Origin: Hylemonella sp. UBA6679
GTDB lineage: Bacteria; Pseudomonadota; Gammaproteobacteria; Burkholderiales; Burkholderiaceae_C
DNA length: 64,000 nt
Reading direction: 5' to 3'
Assembly (NCBI GenBank): GCA_002454975.1
Contig: DKJZ01000109.1
Coordinates: 11,685 to 75,684 of the forward strand
The notes below the pieces were generated by a model. The model did not search any database and was not told the DNA's origin. It was given only the letters and a program-made list of their open reading frames with translations. Position numbers and translations under genes: made by a program. Below are positions 44,225 to 52,979 of this stretch, piece after piece. Every line of letters begins with the position of its first letter. The first letter of the stretch is position 1.

Positions 44225-44268
44225 GTTTACGTTTATTTCTCTTTATTGGCTTTTTTCGAATCAATCAA

Positions 44269-45465
44269 TTGGCTACTTCGTCGATCCTCCCCACCTTTTT
44301 GGGCACCAGCCCGAGCGCGGTGGCCATTCGTCATTTGATTGAACGCGTGGCGCCATCCAGCGCGACTGTGCTCATCACTGGGGAGAGCGGAACTGGCAAG
44401 GAGCTGGTTGCCCGTGCCTTGCACGAGCAGTCCGAGCGCCGCGGGGCCCATTTTGTGCCGATCAACTGTGGTGCCATTCCCAAAGAACTGCTCGAGAGTG
44501 AGCTGTTTGGTCACCGCAAAGGCGCATTCACCGGAGCCATGGCCGACCGCGTGGGTCGCTTTGAGCTGGCGCATGGCGGTACGATTTTTCTGGACGAAAT
44601 TGGTGATATGCCACTGGACATGCAGGTTAAGTTGCTGCGCGTCTTGCAGGAGCGCACTGTAGAGCCTGTAGGCGGTTCGCGTCCGATCCCTGTCGATGTG
44701 CGCGTGGTGGCGGCTACCCACCGTGACCTGGAGGCGGAGATTGCCGCAGGACGCTTCCGTGAGGACTTGTATTACCGTCTCAATGTTTTGCCTATGAATA
44801 CCCCCGCCCTGCGCGAGCGTGGTCAGGACATTCCCGAGTTACTTCGCTTTTTCGCCCATAAATTTGCGGGCCAGGGCCAGGTGCCCATCAGCTTTGCACC
44901 CGACTTTATGGGGGTGTTGCAAACCTACGCTTGGCCAGGCAATGTTCGGGAGCTTTCGAACCTGGTTGACCGTTTCAACGCTTTGTTCAGCGGTCAACAG
45001 CTCAGCCTGGCGATGGTGCCACCGTCTTTTTTACCTAAGGGTTTGCGTGATTTGCAGGCTGAGCTGGCAGTCGGCACGGTGGCCGATACCCTTGCGCTGA
45101 GTCCTTACGCCTCCAACGAGCAAAACCGGTTTGACATTCCGCATGAGCTTGACTTGGTCGGAGCGACCCCAACACCGCATAACGATGTTGAAGACATCAT
45201 CATGCTGGCTCAGGGTTTGCCATGCCTGCCACCTGAAGGCTTGTCCTTGAAAGACTGTTTGGCTGGTATCGAGCGGGATTTGATTTTGCAGGCCCTCAAC
45301 CGGGCGGGGGGAAATGTTTCTCAGACAGCGCGTTTGTTGAACTTGCAGCGCACCACCCTCATCGTCAAGCTGGACAAATACGAACTGCGCGGTCTCGATG
45401 GTCAAGCTGACAGCGCTGATCACATGACTGAGTGCGCCGACAGCAACGGCGCAGCCGCTGCCTGA
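44269..45465 (+). CDS. Sigma-54-dependent enhancer-binding protein with only an AAA+ core and HTH (no N-terminal regulatory domain)
   Basis: The ORF cannot extend upstream; its TTG start is the first possible start in frame. The AAA+ domain begins within about 15 aa ([25 protein letters not shown]). C-terminal [27 protein letters not shown]. Confidence 0.9.
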   Translation: MATSSILPTFLGTSPSAVAIRHLIERVAPSSATVLITGESGTGKELVARALHEQSERRGAHFVPINCGAIPKELLESELFGHRKGAFTGAMADRVGRFELAHGGTIFLDEIGDMPLDMQVKLLRVLQERTVEPVGGSRPIPVDVRVVAATHRDLEAEIAAGRFREDLYYRLNVLPMNTPALRERGQDIPELLRFFAHKFAGQGQVPISFAPDFMGVLQTYAWPGNVRELSNLVDRFNALFSGQQLSLAMVPPSFLPKGLRDLQAELAVGTVADTLALSPYASNEQNRFDIPHELDLVGATPTPHNDVEDIIMLAQGLPCLPPEGLSLKDCLAGIERDLILQALNRAGGNVSQTARLLNLQRTTLIVKLDKYELRGLDGQADSADHMTECADSNGAAAA

Positions 45466-45466
45466 T

Positions 45467-46384
45467 TCAAGGTTTTGTGCTGAGCACACCTGCTCCGGGG
45501 GTGGGGCTGGCATCTGAACCCGTGCGTGGGTACTGCACCATGAGCTCGCGTTTGCGCAGTGCTGCCGCACTCGCCGCCTCTGCTGCGGCTTTGGCCTGGC
45601 TGGCTTGCGCTTGGGCATTGGCTTCTGCCGTTTGTCGTTCGCGTTGCTGGCGTGCCAGCACTTCCATCTCGCGCTTCAAGCCTCCGGTTTCACCCAAGGC
45701 AGAACGCAGACCTTGCATCTGACCCGTCAGTGCATTGAGCGCAGAGGCCTGTGACTGCAAACGACCTTCCAAGTTTTGCACCTGTTTGGCCAATACCTGG
45801 CCTTTGGCATCGACTTGTTTGGCGGTTTGTTCCGGCACGCTTTGCGTGCTTTCCATCATCTCGTTGATACGTACCTCGAGTTTGGTCTGGGCCGAGGCGA
45901 TGTTGGCTTGCTTGGCCACCATCTCTTGAAGACCCTCGTTGACTGAGCCCACCACTTCAAGCGCATCGTTGAGTTCGCCCACGCGCTTGCTCATGGCGCT
46001 CAGCATCTGGTCAAGCTGGTTCAAGCGCGCTTTGAGGGTAAAGGTCATGGTGCCAAACACCAGCGCGCCAAACACCAACAAAGCGCCAGTGATGCCAAAC
46101 AGTAACAACGTTTTCTTGTTCTGCGATTTCAGCGTGGTGTTAATTTCCTTGGTGGCCTCCTTCAGACTTGCGCCTGCGTTGGTGGCCATGTGGGCTGATC
46201 GGTTAGCCAATTCGGCCGACTCCAGCACCACCACCCGCATGTCGATCAGCTCCTGGTCTTGCCCTTGTTCATCAGGGGTAGCTGGCGTATCGGCGGCCTG
46301 TGGCGAGGTCGCTGCTTGTGACTCGGCCACGACAACGCCCTTCTCATCAGGGGTGGGTTCGTTGGTTTTGGTGTCCGTGCTCAT
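45467..46384 (-). CDS. Single-pass membrane protein with a ~190-aa coiled-coil C-terminal region; unknown function
   Basis: 305 aa with one TM segment (TLLLFGITGALLVFGALVFGTMTF). Q/A/L/E-rich heptad-like sequence follows. The start overlaps the upstream stop (TGATG). Confidence 0.6.
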   Translation of the reverse strand: MSTDTKTNEPTPDEKGVVVAESQAATSPQAADTPATPDEQGQDQELIDMRVVVLESAELANRSAHMATNAGASLKEATKEINTTLKSQNKKTLLLFGITGALLVFGALVFGTMTFTLKARLNQLDQMLSAMSKRVGELNDALEVVGSVNEGLQEMVAKQANIASAQTKLEVRINEMMESTQSVPEQTAKQVDAKGQVLAKQVQNLEGRLQSQASALNALTGQMQGLRSALGETGGLKREMEVLARQQRERQTAEANAQAQASQAKAAAEAASAAALRKRELMVQYPRTGSDASPTPGAGVLSTKP

Positions 46385-46926
46385 CAGGTGTCCTTGTCTA
46401 ATTCGTCCAAGCGCTTTTGAAGTAACTCGTTTTCAATGCGCAAATGCACGATGCGCGCCGGAAAATCCATCTCAGGCATGGCCGGGAAGGATGGGGCTGT
46501 CGCAGTCGCTTTGGGTAAAACACGGTCTTCACCAAAGGATTCGGATGCAGGCCCCGAAGCTTGAGCCCCAGGCGATGTCGGGGTGGCCTCGTCTCGGCTC
46601 GGTGGGGCAGCTGCCGTGTGCGTCCCCATACTTGAAGGGGCGGGCACAGACACCTGGGATGTTGCTGCGGCATCTACCAAACCTTGGGTCTTGGCAGGCT
46701 TGTCAGCGCTGATGTTGTTGTCTGGGCGACTTTGCAGGGCTGGCGTGGTGTCGCTCACAAACTTGTCTGGCAGGATGTGCTCGATGATCTCGCCACCGCC
46801 TTCATTGAGCACCTTACGCACGGATGGCTCTTGCTGCGCCGCGGTCTTGGCCAAGGCTTTGTTCGACCCTTCGGGAATGGTGACCTCATGTTGCCGGTCG
46901 GAGCGGATGATGTCAGGTTCACTCAT
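46384..46926 (-). CDS. 180-aa low-complexity (P/A/S/T-rich) protein with a short C-terminal coiled coil; unknown function
   Basis: The ORF shows host-like third-position G/C bias and is translationally coupled to the next gene. I recognise no domain. Confidence 0.45.
   Translation of the reverse strand: MSEPDIIRSDRQHEVTIPEGSNKALAKTAAQQEPSVRKVLNEGGGEIIEHILPDKFVSDTTPALQSRPDNNISADKPAKTQGLVDAAATSQVSVPAPSSMGTHTAAAPPSRDEATPTSPGAQASGPASESFGEDRVLPKATATAPSFPAMPEMDFPARIVHLRIENELLQKRLDELDKDT
46538..46564 (-). promoter_or_regulatory. Intragenic FliA (sigma-28)-type promoter upstream of the coiled-coil membrane protein gene
   Basis: The minus strand reads TCAAGCTT-N11-TCCGAATC, inside the 180-aa ORF and about 150 nt upstream of the ATG at 46384. 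Confidence 0.55.
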
Positions 46927-46950
46927 GGTGGGATGGCGCTCGGAAAGGTA

Positions 46951-48330
46951 CTAGGGTTGGGTAACGTCGGCGGCAGATGAGAACAGCCGCTTTTGCATGG
47001 CCCGGCTGGAGCGAACCCAGCTTTCTTTGGGCATGTTCTGCGTTTGTAAAAATTCATCGGCCAATTCCTTGGTGGCAAAAGGTCCAGACACCAGTGCGTA
47101 GCGCGCCTGACTTTGCCCCGCTTCAAACTGTGGCACCACTTTGGCTTGACTCAAATTAGGGAAACGCTTTTGACGATCGCGGGCTTTGGCATAGGTTTCT
47201 GAATTGGTGTGTTGCACCACAAAAGTACCTCGGGCAAAAGCCTTCATCCAAGCTTGACCATCCGATGCAGCGCCAGGCAGCTCTGTTTGGACTTGGGTCT
47301 GTTTGATTGCGTCTTGGGGTGGCACGGTCTCGACAACCTGAGCGGTTGAGGTGTTGGCCAGGGGGGCTGCCGCGTTGATGTCGGCTACAGGTGTCTCAGG
47401 CCCAGGTGCAGCGGTGCCTTTGAAAACTTCAGCCTCAGAGCTTGCGTTGTTTTGGGTGGGTTGTGTCACAACAGCCTCAGCCACTTGGGGCTGGACCTCG
47501 GCTAGGGTGGCATTCGTCTGGCCCACCAAAGCACGAAACGCTTGCGGGTTGAGCCACGCCGCCACACCCGCAGAGAACATCAACAGGGCTGCCACAACAG
47601 CAGCCGCTTTGAGACGCATGGCCATGGTGGATGTGGTTGCAGGCTTGAGAGCGCTGGACTTACCTCCAGGCTTGGTGATGTCTGCAGGCCCAGCCGGGGC
47701 AGGGGGCACGGCGGCAGCCTGCCGTGCAGGGTCTGATTTTGCAGCCGAAGCTGTCGGGGCCATACGCGCAATCAGCGCGCGAACTTCAGTGGCTTGCGCA
47801 TCATGGCTCACACGTCCCAGACTTTCTTTGATTTGATCCAGACTGGGTCGCGCAATGGTCCAGCGCATGAGCGATTTGTTGAAGCTGGCGAGTCCTTCTG
47901 GCTCTGACTCTGCACCGGCAAAGACCAACAAGGCGCGCACATGTGCGCCAGGAAACTTTTCCAGCAGGTCGAGCATCATCATCACCTCGCCAGCGGGCAG
48001 GGCAGCTGCGTCATGCACCACCCACAATTGCATGGGCCGGTCCTGGGTCGGGGCTGCCATGGCCTGGGTCAAGGGTAAGTCGGCGACCACTTGGTTGAAG
48101 CTGCTGACAATCGCATCGGTGTCAGCCGGGAAAAACGGCTTGATCAGGACATGCGGTACGTCGATGTTCAAACGTTCGATGAGCATGTCTTTGTAATGCT
48201 CAGCTAAGGCATGAACCGCAGAGATGATGGCCAGGCTTTTGCCATCCTTGCTGATTGCGGCGACCGCAGCCTCGTAGCGAATCCGGTCGATCAGTTGAAA
48301 GAAGTGGGGTTCCATGACGTGATCGTTCAA
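46951..48330 (-). CDS. SPOR-domain membrane protein with a degenerate ExeA-like (P-loop-less) N-domain
   Basis: The C-terminal FVVQHTNSETYAKARDRQKRF....ARYALVSGPFATKELADEFL looks like a SPOR fold signature. Central TM segment AAVVAALLMFSAGVAAWL. The N-domain has LWVVHDAAAL (DEAQ-like) but no GxxGxGK. TTG at 48330 overlaps the flhB stop; alternative ATG at 48315. Confidence 0.6.
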   Translation of the reverse strand: MNDHVMEPHFFQLIDRIRYEAAVAAISKDGKSLAIISAVHALAEHYKDMLIERLNIDVPHVLIKPFFPADTDAIVSSFNQVVADLPLTQAMAAPTQDRPMQLWVVHDAAALPAGEVMMMLDLLEKFPGAHVRALLVFAGAESEPEGLASFNKSLMRWTIARPSLDQIKESLGRVSHDAQATEVRALIARMAPTASAAKSDPARQAAAVPPAPAGPADITKPGGKSSALKPATTSTMAMRLKAAAVVAALLMFSAGVAAWLNPQAFRALVGQTNATLAEVQPQVAEAVVTQPTQNNASSEAEVFKGTAAPGPETPVADINAAAPLANTSTAQVVETVPPQDAIKQTQVQTELPGAASDGQAWMKAFARGTFVVQHTNSETYAKARDRQKRFPNLSQAKVVPQFEAGQSQARYALVSGPFATKELADEFLQTQNMPKESWVRSSRAMQKRLFSSAADVTQP

Positions 48331-49481
48331 GAGCTGCGATTGTCAGCCAATTTACCGTCGGGATCGAACAGCATCGAGGCAGGGACTTTAGGGTTGGGGC
48401 GAGGCATGGGCTCGACGCCTGGCTTGATATCAGCCAGGCTAAAGACATAGGCAATCACCTGGGCCACAGCCAAGTACAGCGACTCGGGGATGGGCTGGTC
48501 TTCCTGGGTGGTGAAGTACAAGGCGCGCGCCAAGGGGGGCGCTGCAAACATCTCAACGCCGTGCTTGGCCGCTTCCTCACGGATGCGAGCAGCCATGTGG
48601 TCAGCGCCCTTGGCCAGCAAAATCGGGGCGCCGTCTCCGGTAGGGTCGTATGACAGGGCTACCGCAAAGTGTTCAGGGTTGGTGATGACAACGTCTGCAT
48701 CCTTGACCTTTTGGATCATGCGGGCGTTGGCCATTTCACGCTGACGCTGACGGATCGCTGCCTTGATTTCAGGACGACCTTCCATGTCTTTCATTTCATC
48801 CTTGACCTGCTGCTTGGTCATCATCATGCGTTTGTTGAAGGAGAAGCGCTGGTAAGGTGCATCGATGAATGCAATGATGAGCAGGCTCAACGACAGCCAC
48901 ATGGCCGACTCGCCGATCATGGCACCTGCGGCCCCCAGCGCGGGCTCCAGGCTCATTTGACCCAAGGCCATGAGCGCATCCATCTGACGGCTCACCAAAA
49001 CCCAAAGCACCACGGTGACCAGTGAAAACTTCAGCACCGATTTGCCCAGTTCAACCAGCGCATGTGTACCAAACATGCGGGTCAAACCTTTGAGTGGGTT
49101 GATTTTTTCAAATTTTGGGGTCGCGCTTTTCATGGTAAACAAAAAGCCGCCGGTGGCACCACTGGCCAGCACAGCCAGCACCAGGGTGAAAAGCAGAACA
49201 GGCAGGATCAGCAGAAAACTCTCCCCCATGTGGTGCATGAAGGTGGTGGCCATCAGGTCAGGGTTGTCCAGCGTTTTGCGGTCAAAGCTGAACCCCTTAG
49301 CAAACGATGTGCTTAGCCGTTGAATCCAGGCACTGCCTATCATGTAGAGCAGCACGATCGCCCCAATCGTGACTGCAGCAGCGGGTAGCTCCGTCGAGCG
49401 AGCGACCTGACCGTCTTCACGCGCTTTGCGCAGGTGTCGCGAGGTGGGTTGTTCGGTTTTTTCTGCGCTGCTCTCAGACAT
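48327..49481 (-). CDS. flhB: Flagellar export gate protein FlhB
   Basis: N-terminus EKTEQPTSRHLRKAREDGQVARS, four TM segments, and an NPEH autocleavage-type site (ITNPEHFAVAL). Confidence 0.95.
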   Translation of the reverse strand: MSESSAEKTEQPTSRHLRKAREDGQVARSTELPAAAVTIGAIVLLYMIGSAWIQRLSTSFAKGFSFDRKTLDNPDLMATTFMHHMGESFLLILPVLLFTLVLAVLASGATGGFLFTMKSATPKFEKINPLKGLTRMFGTHALVELGKSVLKFSLVTVVLWVLVSRQMDALMALGQMSLEPALGAAGAMIGESAMWLSLSLLIIAFIDAPYQRFSFNKRMMMTKQQVKDEMKDMEGRPEIKAAIRQRQREMANARMIQKVKDADVVITNPEHFAVALSYDPTGDGAPILLAKGADHMAARIREEAAKHGVEMFAAPPLARALYFTTQEDQPIPESLYLAVAQVIAYVFSLADIKPGVEPMPRPNPKVPASMLFDPDGKLADNRSS

Positions 49482-49493
49482 GCTTTGCCTCTC

Positions 49494-50264
49494 TCATGTC
49501 AAACCCACCAGGGTGCGCACTTGCAAAAACCCCTGCATCCAGAGCCACTGGATGCGAGCGCCAATGCTGGGAAGAGCCAGCACCAACACGCCAAAGCCAG
49601 CAAAAATCATGGCGGGAAATCCCACCGAAAAAATATTCAGGCTTGGTGCTGCACGCGTCGCCACACCTAAGCCAATGTTGATGAACAAAAGCGCCACCAT
49701 CACGGGTAAGGCGGTGAGGACGGCGCCTAAAAACAGCATGGAGCTCCAGGCGATGAGTTGTCGCCAGGCCACATCGGCCACCAGACTTTTGCCGATGGGC
49801 AGCGTGGTAAAGCTCTCCACCACCAAGTTCAGCAACAAGGCGTGTCCGCCTAAACCGACGAAAATCAAGGTGGCCATGACCAGCAAAAATTGGCTCAGCA
49901 CTGGCACATTGCCCATGTTGGGGTCGATCATGGTGGCCATGGACAGGCCGATGGCATTGGCTATGGACTGACCAGCCACCACAATGGCTGAGGTCACAAC
50001 CTGCAAGATCAAACCCATGAGCAAGCCAATCATGAGTTGGTTGCCCACCTCGAGCAAGCCGTCACCGCTGAGGGGGTCGATTTGTGGCCAAGTGTGCAAG
50101 GGGTAAACCAACCAGGTGAGGGACAGGGCCAGCAAAATGCGCACACGCAGGTTGAGCGCTCGGAGTGAAAAAATCGGGGCTGCCACCAACAATGCCGAGA
50201 TGCGCAGCATGGGCCACAACAACGCATTGAAATGCGCCATCAAATCGGGGATGGTGAAGTCCAT
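49494..50264 (-). CDS. fliR: Flagellar export gate protein FliR
   Basis: 256-aa polytopic membrane protein between fliQ and flhB. Confidence 0.9.
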   Translation of the reverse strand: MDFTIPDLMAHFNALLWPMLRISALLVAAPIFSLRALNLRVRILLALSLTWLVYPLHTWPQIDPLSGDGLLEVGNQLMIGLLMGLILQVVTSAIVVAGQSIANAIGLSMATMIDPNMGNVPVLSQFLLVMATLIFVGLGGHALLLNLVVESFTTLPIGKSLVADVAWRQLIAWSSMLFLGAVLTALPVMVALLFINIGLGVATRAAPSLNIFSVGFPAMIFAGFGVLVLALPSIGARIQWLWMQGFLQVRTLVGLT

Positions 50265-50269
50265 GAGTG

Positions 50270-50539
50270 TCAGGTGAACAGGCCCGGAATCCGCTGGAAG
50301 ATGGCACGTGTGTAATCCACCATGGTGGTGAGCTGCCAGCCCCCAGCAATTGCCAGTGTGATGGCCAGTGCAGCAAGTTTAGGAATGAAGCTCAGCGTGG
50401 CTTCATTGATAGAGGTGGCCGCTTGAAGCACACCAATGACCAAGCCCACAAAAAGGGCCACGCCCAGCAAGGGCGCCGAAATCAGCACCGTCATCCACAA
50501 GGCCTGTCGGCCTAAATCCACAACAGCAGCGGTGTCCAT
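50270..50539 (-). CDS. fliQ: Flagellar export gate protein FliQ
   Basis: 89 aa after trimming to MDTAAVVDLGRQALW; two TM segments; typical FliQ. Confidence 0.9.
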   Translation of the reverse strand: MDTAAVVDLGRQALWMTVLISAPLLGVALFVGLVIGVLQAATSINEATLSFIPKLAALAITLAIAGGWQLTTMVDYTRAIFQRIPGLFT

Positions 50540-50561
50540 GGTGTCCTTTGTTTGGGTGAAT

Positions 50562-51308
50562 TCAAACCACAAAGCTCGCGGCGAGAGATCCGAGAATCAG
50601 ACTCCAACCATCGACCAGCACAAAGAGCATGAGCTTGAAGGGCATAGAGATCATCATGGGCGAGAGCATCATCATGCCCATTGACATCAACACGCTCGAG
50701 ACAATCAGATCAATCACCACAAATGGGATGTAGATCAGAAAGCCAATGGTGAATGCGCTCTTGAGTTCAGAGGTGATGAAAGCCGGTACCAGGGTCGCAA
50801 ACGGTACTTCAGCCGCGCTGGCGACATCGGGGCGGCGCGCCATTTGCATGAACAGCGCGATGTCATCTTCCCGGGTTTGTTTGAGCATGAAGCCGCGCAG
50901 CGGCTCTTCGGCAGCCGCCAGGGCTTTGTCAAAAGCCATGGTGTTGTTCATGTATGGAGCAATTGCCCCAACATAAAGGTCTTGCAAGACCGGCGACATG
51001 ATGAACAGTGTGAGAAACAAGGCCAGACCCACCAGCACAGTGTTGGGCGGGGTTTGGCCGGTGCCCAAGGCTTGACGCAAGATGGACAGCACGATGATGA
51101 TGCGCACGAACGAGGTCATCATGAGCAAAAAAGACGGCAGCAGTGTGAGCGAAGTCATCAGCGCCAGAACCTGCAAGGTCAGGCTGTACTGCGTACCCTT
51201 GGCGCCACCACTCACATTCACCATGGGAATGCCCTGGGCCTGAGCCAAGAAGGGTAAGCCCATGAGGGCCATGCTGGCCAACAGGACCAAGCAAGATTTA
51301 AGCTTCAT
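50562..51308 (-). CDS. fliP: Flagellar export gate protein FliP
   Basis: Signal peptide (trimmed start MKLKSCLVLL). Conserved FliP core (SFVRIIIVLSILRQALG, GFLIYIPFVVIDLIVSSVLMSMGMMM). Confidence 0.95.
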   Translation of the reverse strand: MKLKSCLVLLASMALMGLPFLAQAQGIPMVNVSGGAKGTQYSLTLQVLALMTSLTLLPSFLLMMTSFVRIIIVLSILRQALGTGQTPPNTVLVGLALFLTLFIMSPVLQDLYVGAIAPYMNNTMAFDKALAAAEEPLRGFMLKQTREDDIALFMQMARRPDVASAAEVPFATLVPAFITSELKSAFTIGFLIYIPFVVIDLIVSSVLMSMGMMMLSPMMISMPFKLMLFVLVDGWSLILGSLAASFVV

Positions 51309-51636
51309 GAGTGGCACCCACGCGATCTTGCAAATCAACAAGGGCCTGGTGATCAGGCGTCACCGTTTGACCGTCGGACCACTGCGCCAGTGCTGTGATG
51401 TGTGTCGGGCTCACACCTACCAACACCTCATGTCCACCCACCCTCACCAGGGCGAGTTTGTGGCGGGTATTGAGGCTCAAACTTTCCACCACCTGCAAGC
51501 GACGCGCGCCAACTTGGCTCACCATCTTGGCCTGCATGCGTTTGAGGACCCACAACAAAACTGCCATCACGATGAGGACCAGCGCCATGCTGCCGATCAT
51601 GCGGAACAAGTCCGCGCCTGAAAAACCTGGAGGCAT
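51298..51636 (-). CDS. fliO: Flagellar protein FliO
   Basis: 112 aa with a single TM segment, positioned between fliN and fliP. Confidence 0.8.
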   Translation of the reverse strand: MPPGFSGADLFRMIGSMALVLIVMAVLLWVLKRMQAKMVSQVGARRLQVVESLSLNTRHKLALVRVGGHEVLVGVSPTHITALAQWSDGQTVTPDHQALVDLQDRVGATHEA

Positions 51637-51644
51637 GTTGTTAC

Positions 51645-51950
51645 TCAGAGATTTTTCATGCGCTCGGAAGCAGGCGCCACGCGGGTCAGGCGGACGCCGT
51701 AACGGTCATTGACCAGCACGATTTCACCCTGCGCCACCACGGTGTTGTTGACCAGCAGGTCCAGCGGTTCGCCGGCAATGCGATCGAGCTCCACCACACT
51801 GCCTTGGGTCAGTCGCATGAGGTCGCGGATTTTGATCATGGCGCGTCCCACCTCGATGGACAAAGTCACCGAAATGTTTTGCAAGACCTCGGGGTTGATC
51901 TGGCGCTGGTTGTTGGCCGATTCGGCCTGGTCGATGGATGTGTCAGTCAT
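51645..51950 (-). CDS. fliN: Flagellar motor switch protein FliN
   Basis: SpoA-type C-terminus (LTQGSVVELDRIAGEPLDLLVNNTVVAQGEIVLVNDRYGVRLT). Trimmed to the Met at 51950, just after the fliM stop. Confidence 0.9.
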   Translation of the reverse strand: MTDTSIDQAESANNQRQINPEVLQNISVTLSIEVGRAMIKIRDLMRLTQGSVVELDRIAGEPLDLLVNNTVVAQGEIVLVNDRYGVRLTRVAPASERMKNL

Positions 51951-51963
51951 GATGTTGTGTGGG

Positions 51964-52953
51964 TTATTGCAAGTCAGGAATACAAGCGCGTTCAATTTGT
52001 ACAGCGGTCTGGGCACCTAAGCTGCCCACTTGCACATCAAACGCAGGCAAGCCATTGACCATGAGGCGCGCCAGTTCGGGTTTTTTGAAGAACAGGACAT
52101 CACCTTCCTGCATGGCTTCAATCTGGCCAATCGAGCTGTCGATCGCACCCAGGATCACACGCAGCTCCAGGCTAGCGCTGTCAACAGCAACGGAAAGCTC
52201 CTCGGACCATTGCTTGTCGGACTCTTCGTTGCCATCGCCCGTCTGTACGCGACTTCGCAACAGCTCACGGATAGGTTTGAGCGATGCGTAAGGGTGGACC
52301 AGGTCAATGAAGCCCCGGGCATCCATATTGCCCTCTGCATCAAAGCGGCTCAGGATGACCAGGTCGTTCTCATCAGCGATTTGGGCGAACTGCGGGTTGA
52401 TTTCCGAGCTCACGAGCTCGAAGTCCACAGGCATCACAGGCGACCACGCGTCTTTGAGACAACGGAAGAACACATCCAAAATCATGTTGATGATGCGTGT
52501 CTCTGTGGGTGTGAAAAGACGCCCAGGTGGCAACTGTCCAACGCCTTTGCCAAAGCCACCAAAAAAGCTGTCGAGCGAGCTGAACACCACCGTGGGGTCG
52601 AGCACGACGATGGAGTAGCCCCGCAGTGGGTTCATGCGCACCACATTGACTGACATGGGCGCTTGCAGACCCTTGAGGTAGTCGCCAAACCGTACGATTT
52701 GCACCTGGAGCGGATTGACTTTAGGGCTGCTGCGCAGCATTTCCACCAAACCCAGACGAAACATCCGGATGAAGCGCTCGTTGATCATGTCTAGCGCTGT
52801 GACATTGACGCCTAAGCTGCTGTCTTCGCTGGCCAGGTCATGTTTCTTGACCCGCACCGCGGTGTTGAACCCAGTGTCAACCGGGATGGGGCCGTCCTGC
52901 ACGCCTTCGGCCAAAGCCGTGAGCTCGTCAGGGGTGAGTAGGTTGTTGGCCAT
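51964..52953 (-). CDS. fliM: Flagellar motor switch protein FliM
   Basis: The N-terminal LLTPDELTALAEG is a CheY-P-binding-type motif; 329 aa. Confidence 0.95.
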   Translation of the reverse strand: MANNLLTPDELTALAEGVQDGPIPVDTGFNTAVRVKKHDLASEDSSLGVNVTALDMINERFIRMFRLGLVEMLRSSPKVNPLQVQIVRFGDYLKGLQAPMSVNVVRMNPLRGYSIVVLDPTVVFSSLDSFFGGFGKGVGQLPPGRLFTPTETRIINMILDVFFRCLKDAWSPVMPVDFELVSSEINPQFAQIADENDLVILSRFDAEGNMDARGFIDLVHPYASLKPIRELLRSRVQTGDGNEESDKQWSEELSVAVDSASLELRVILGAIDSSIGQIEAMQEGDVLFFKKPELARLMVNGLPAFDVQVGSLGAQTAVQIERACIPDLQ

Positions 52954-52979
52954 GGACGCTGAGGAATGGAACGTACGGC

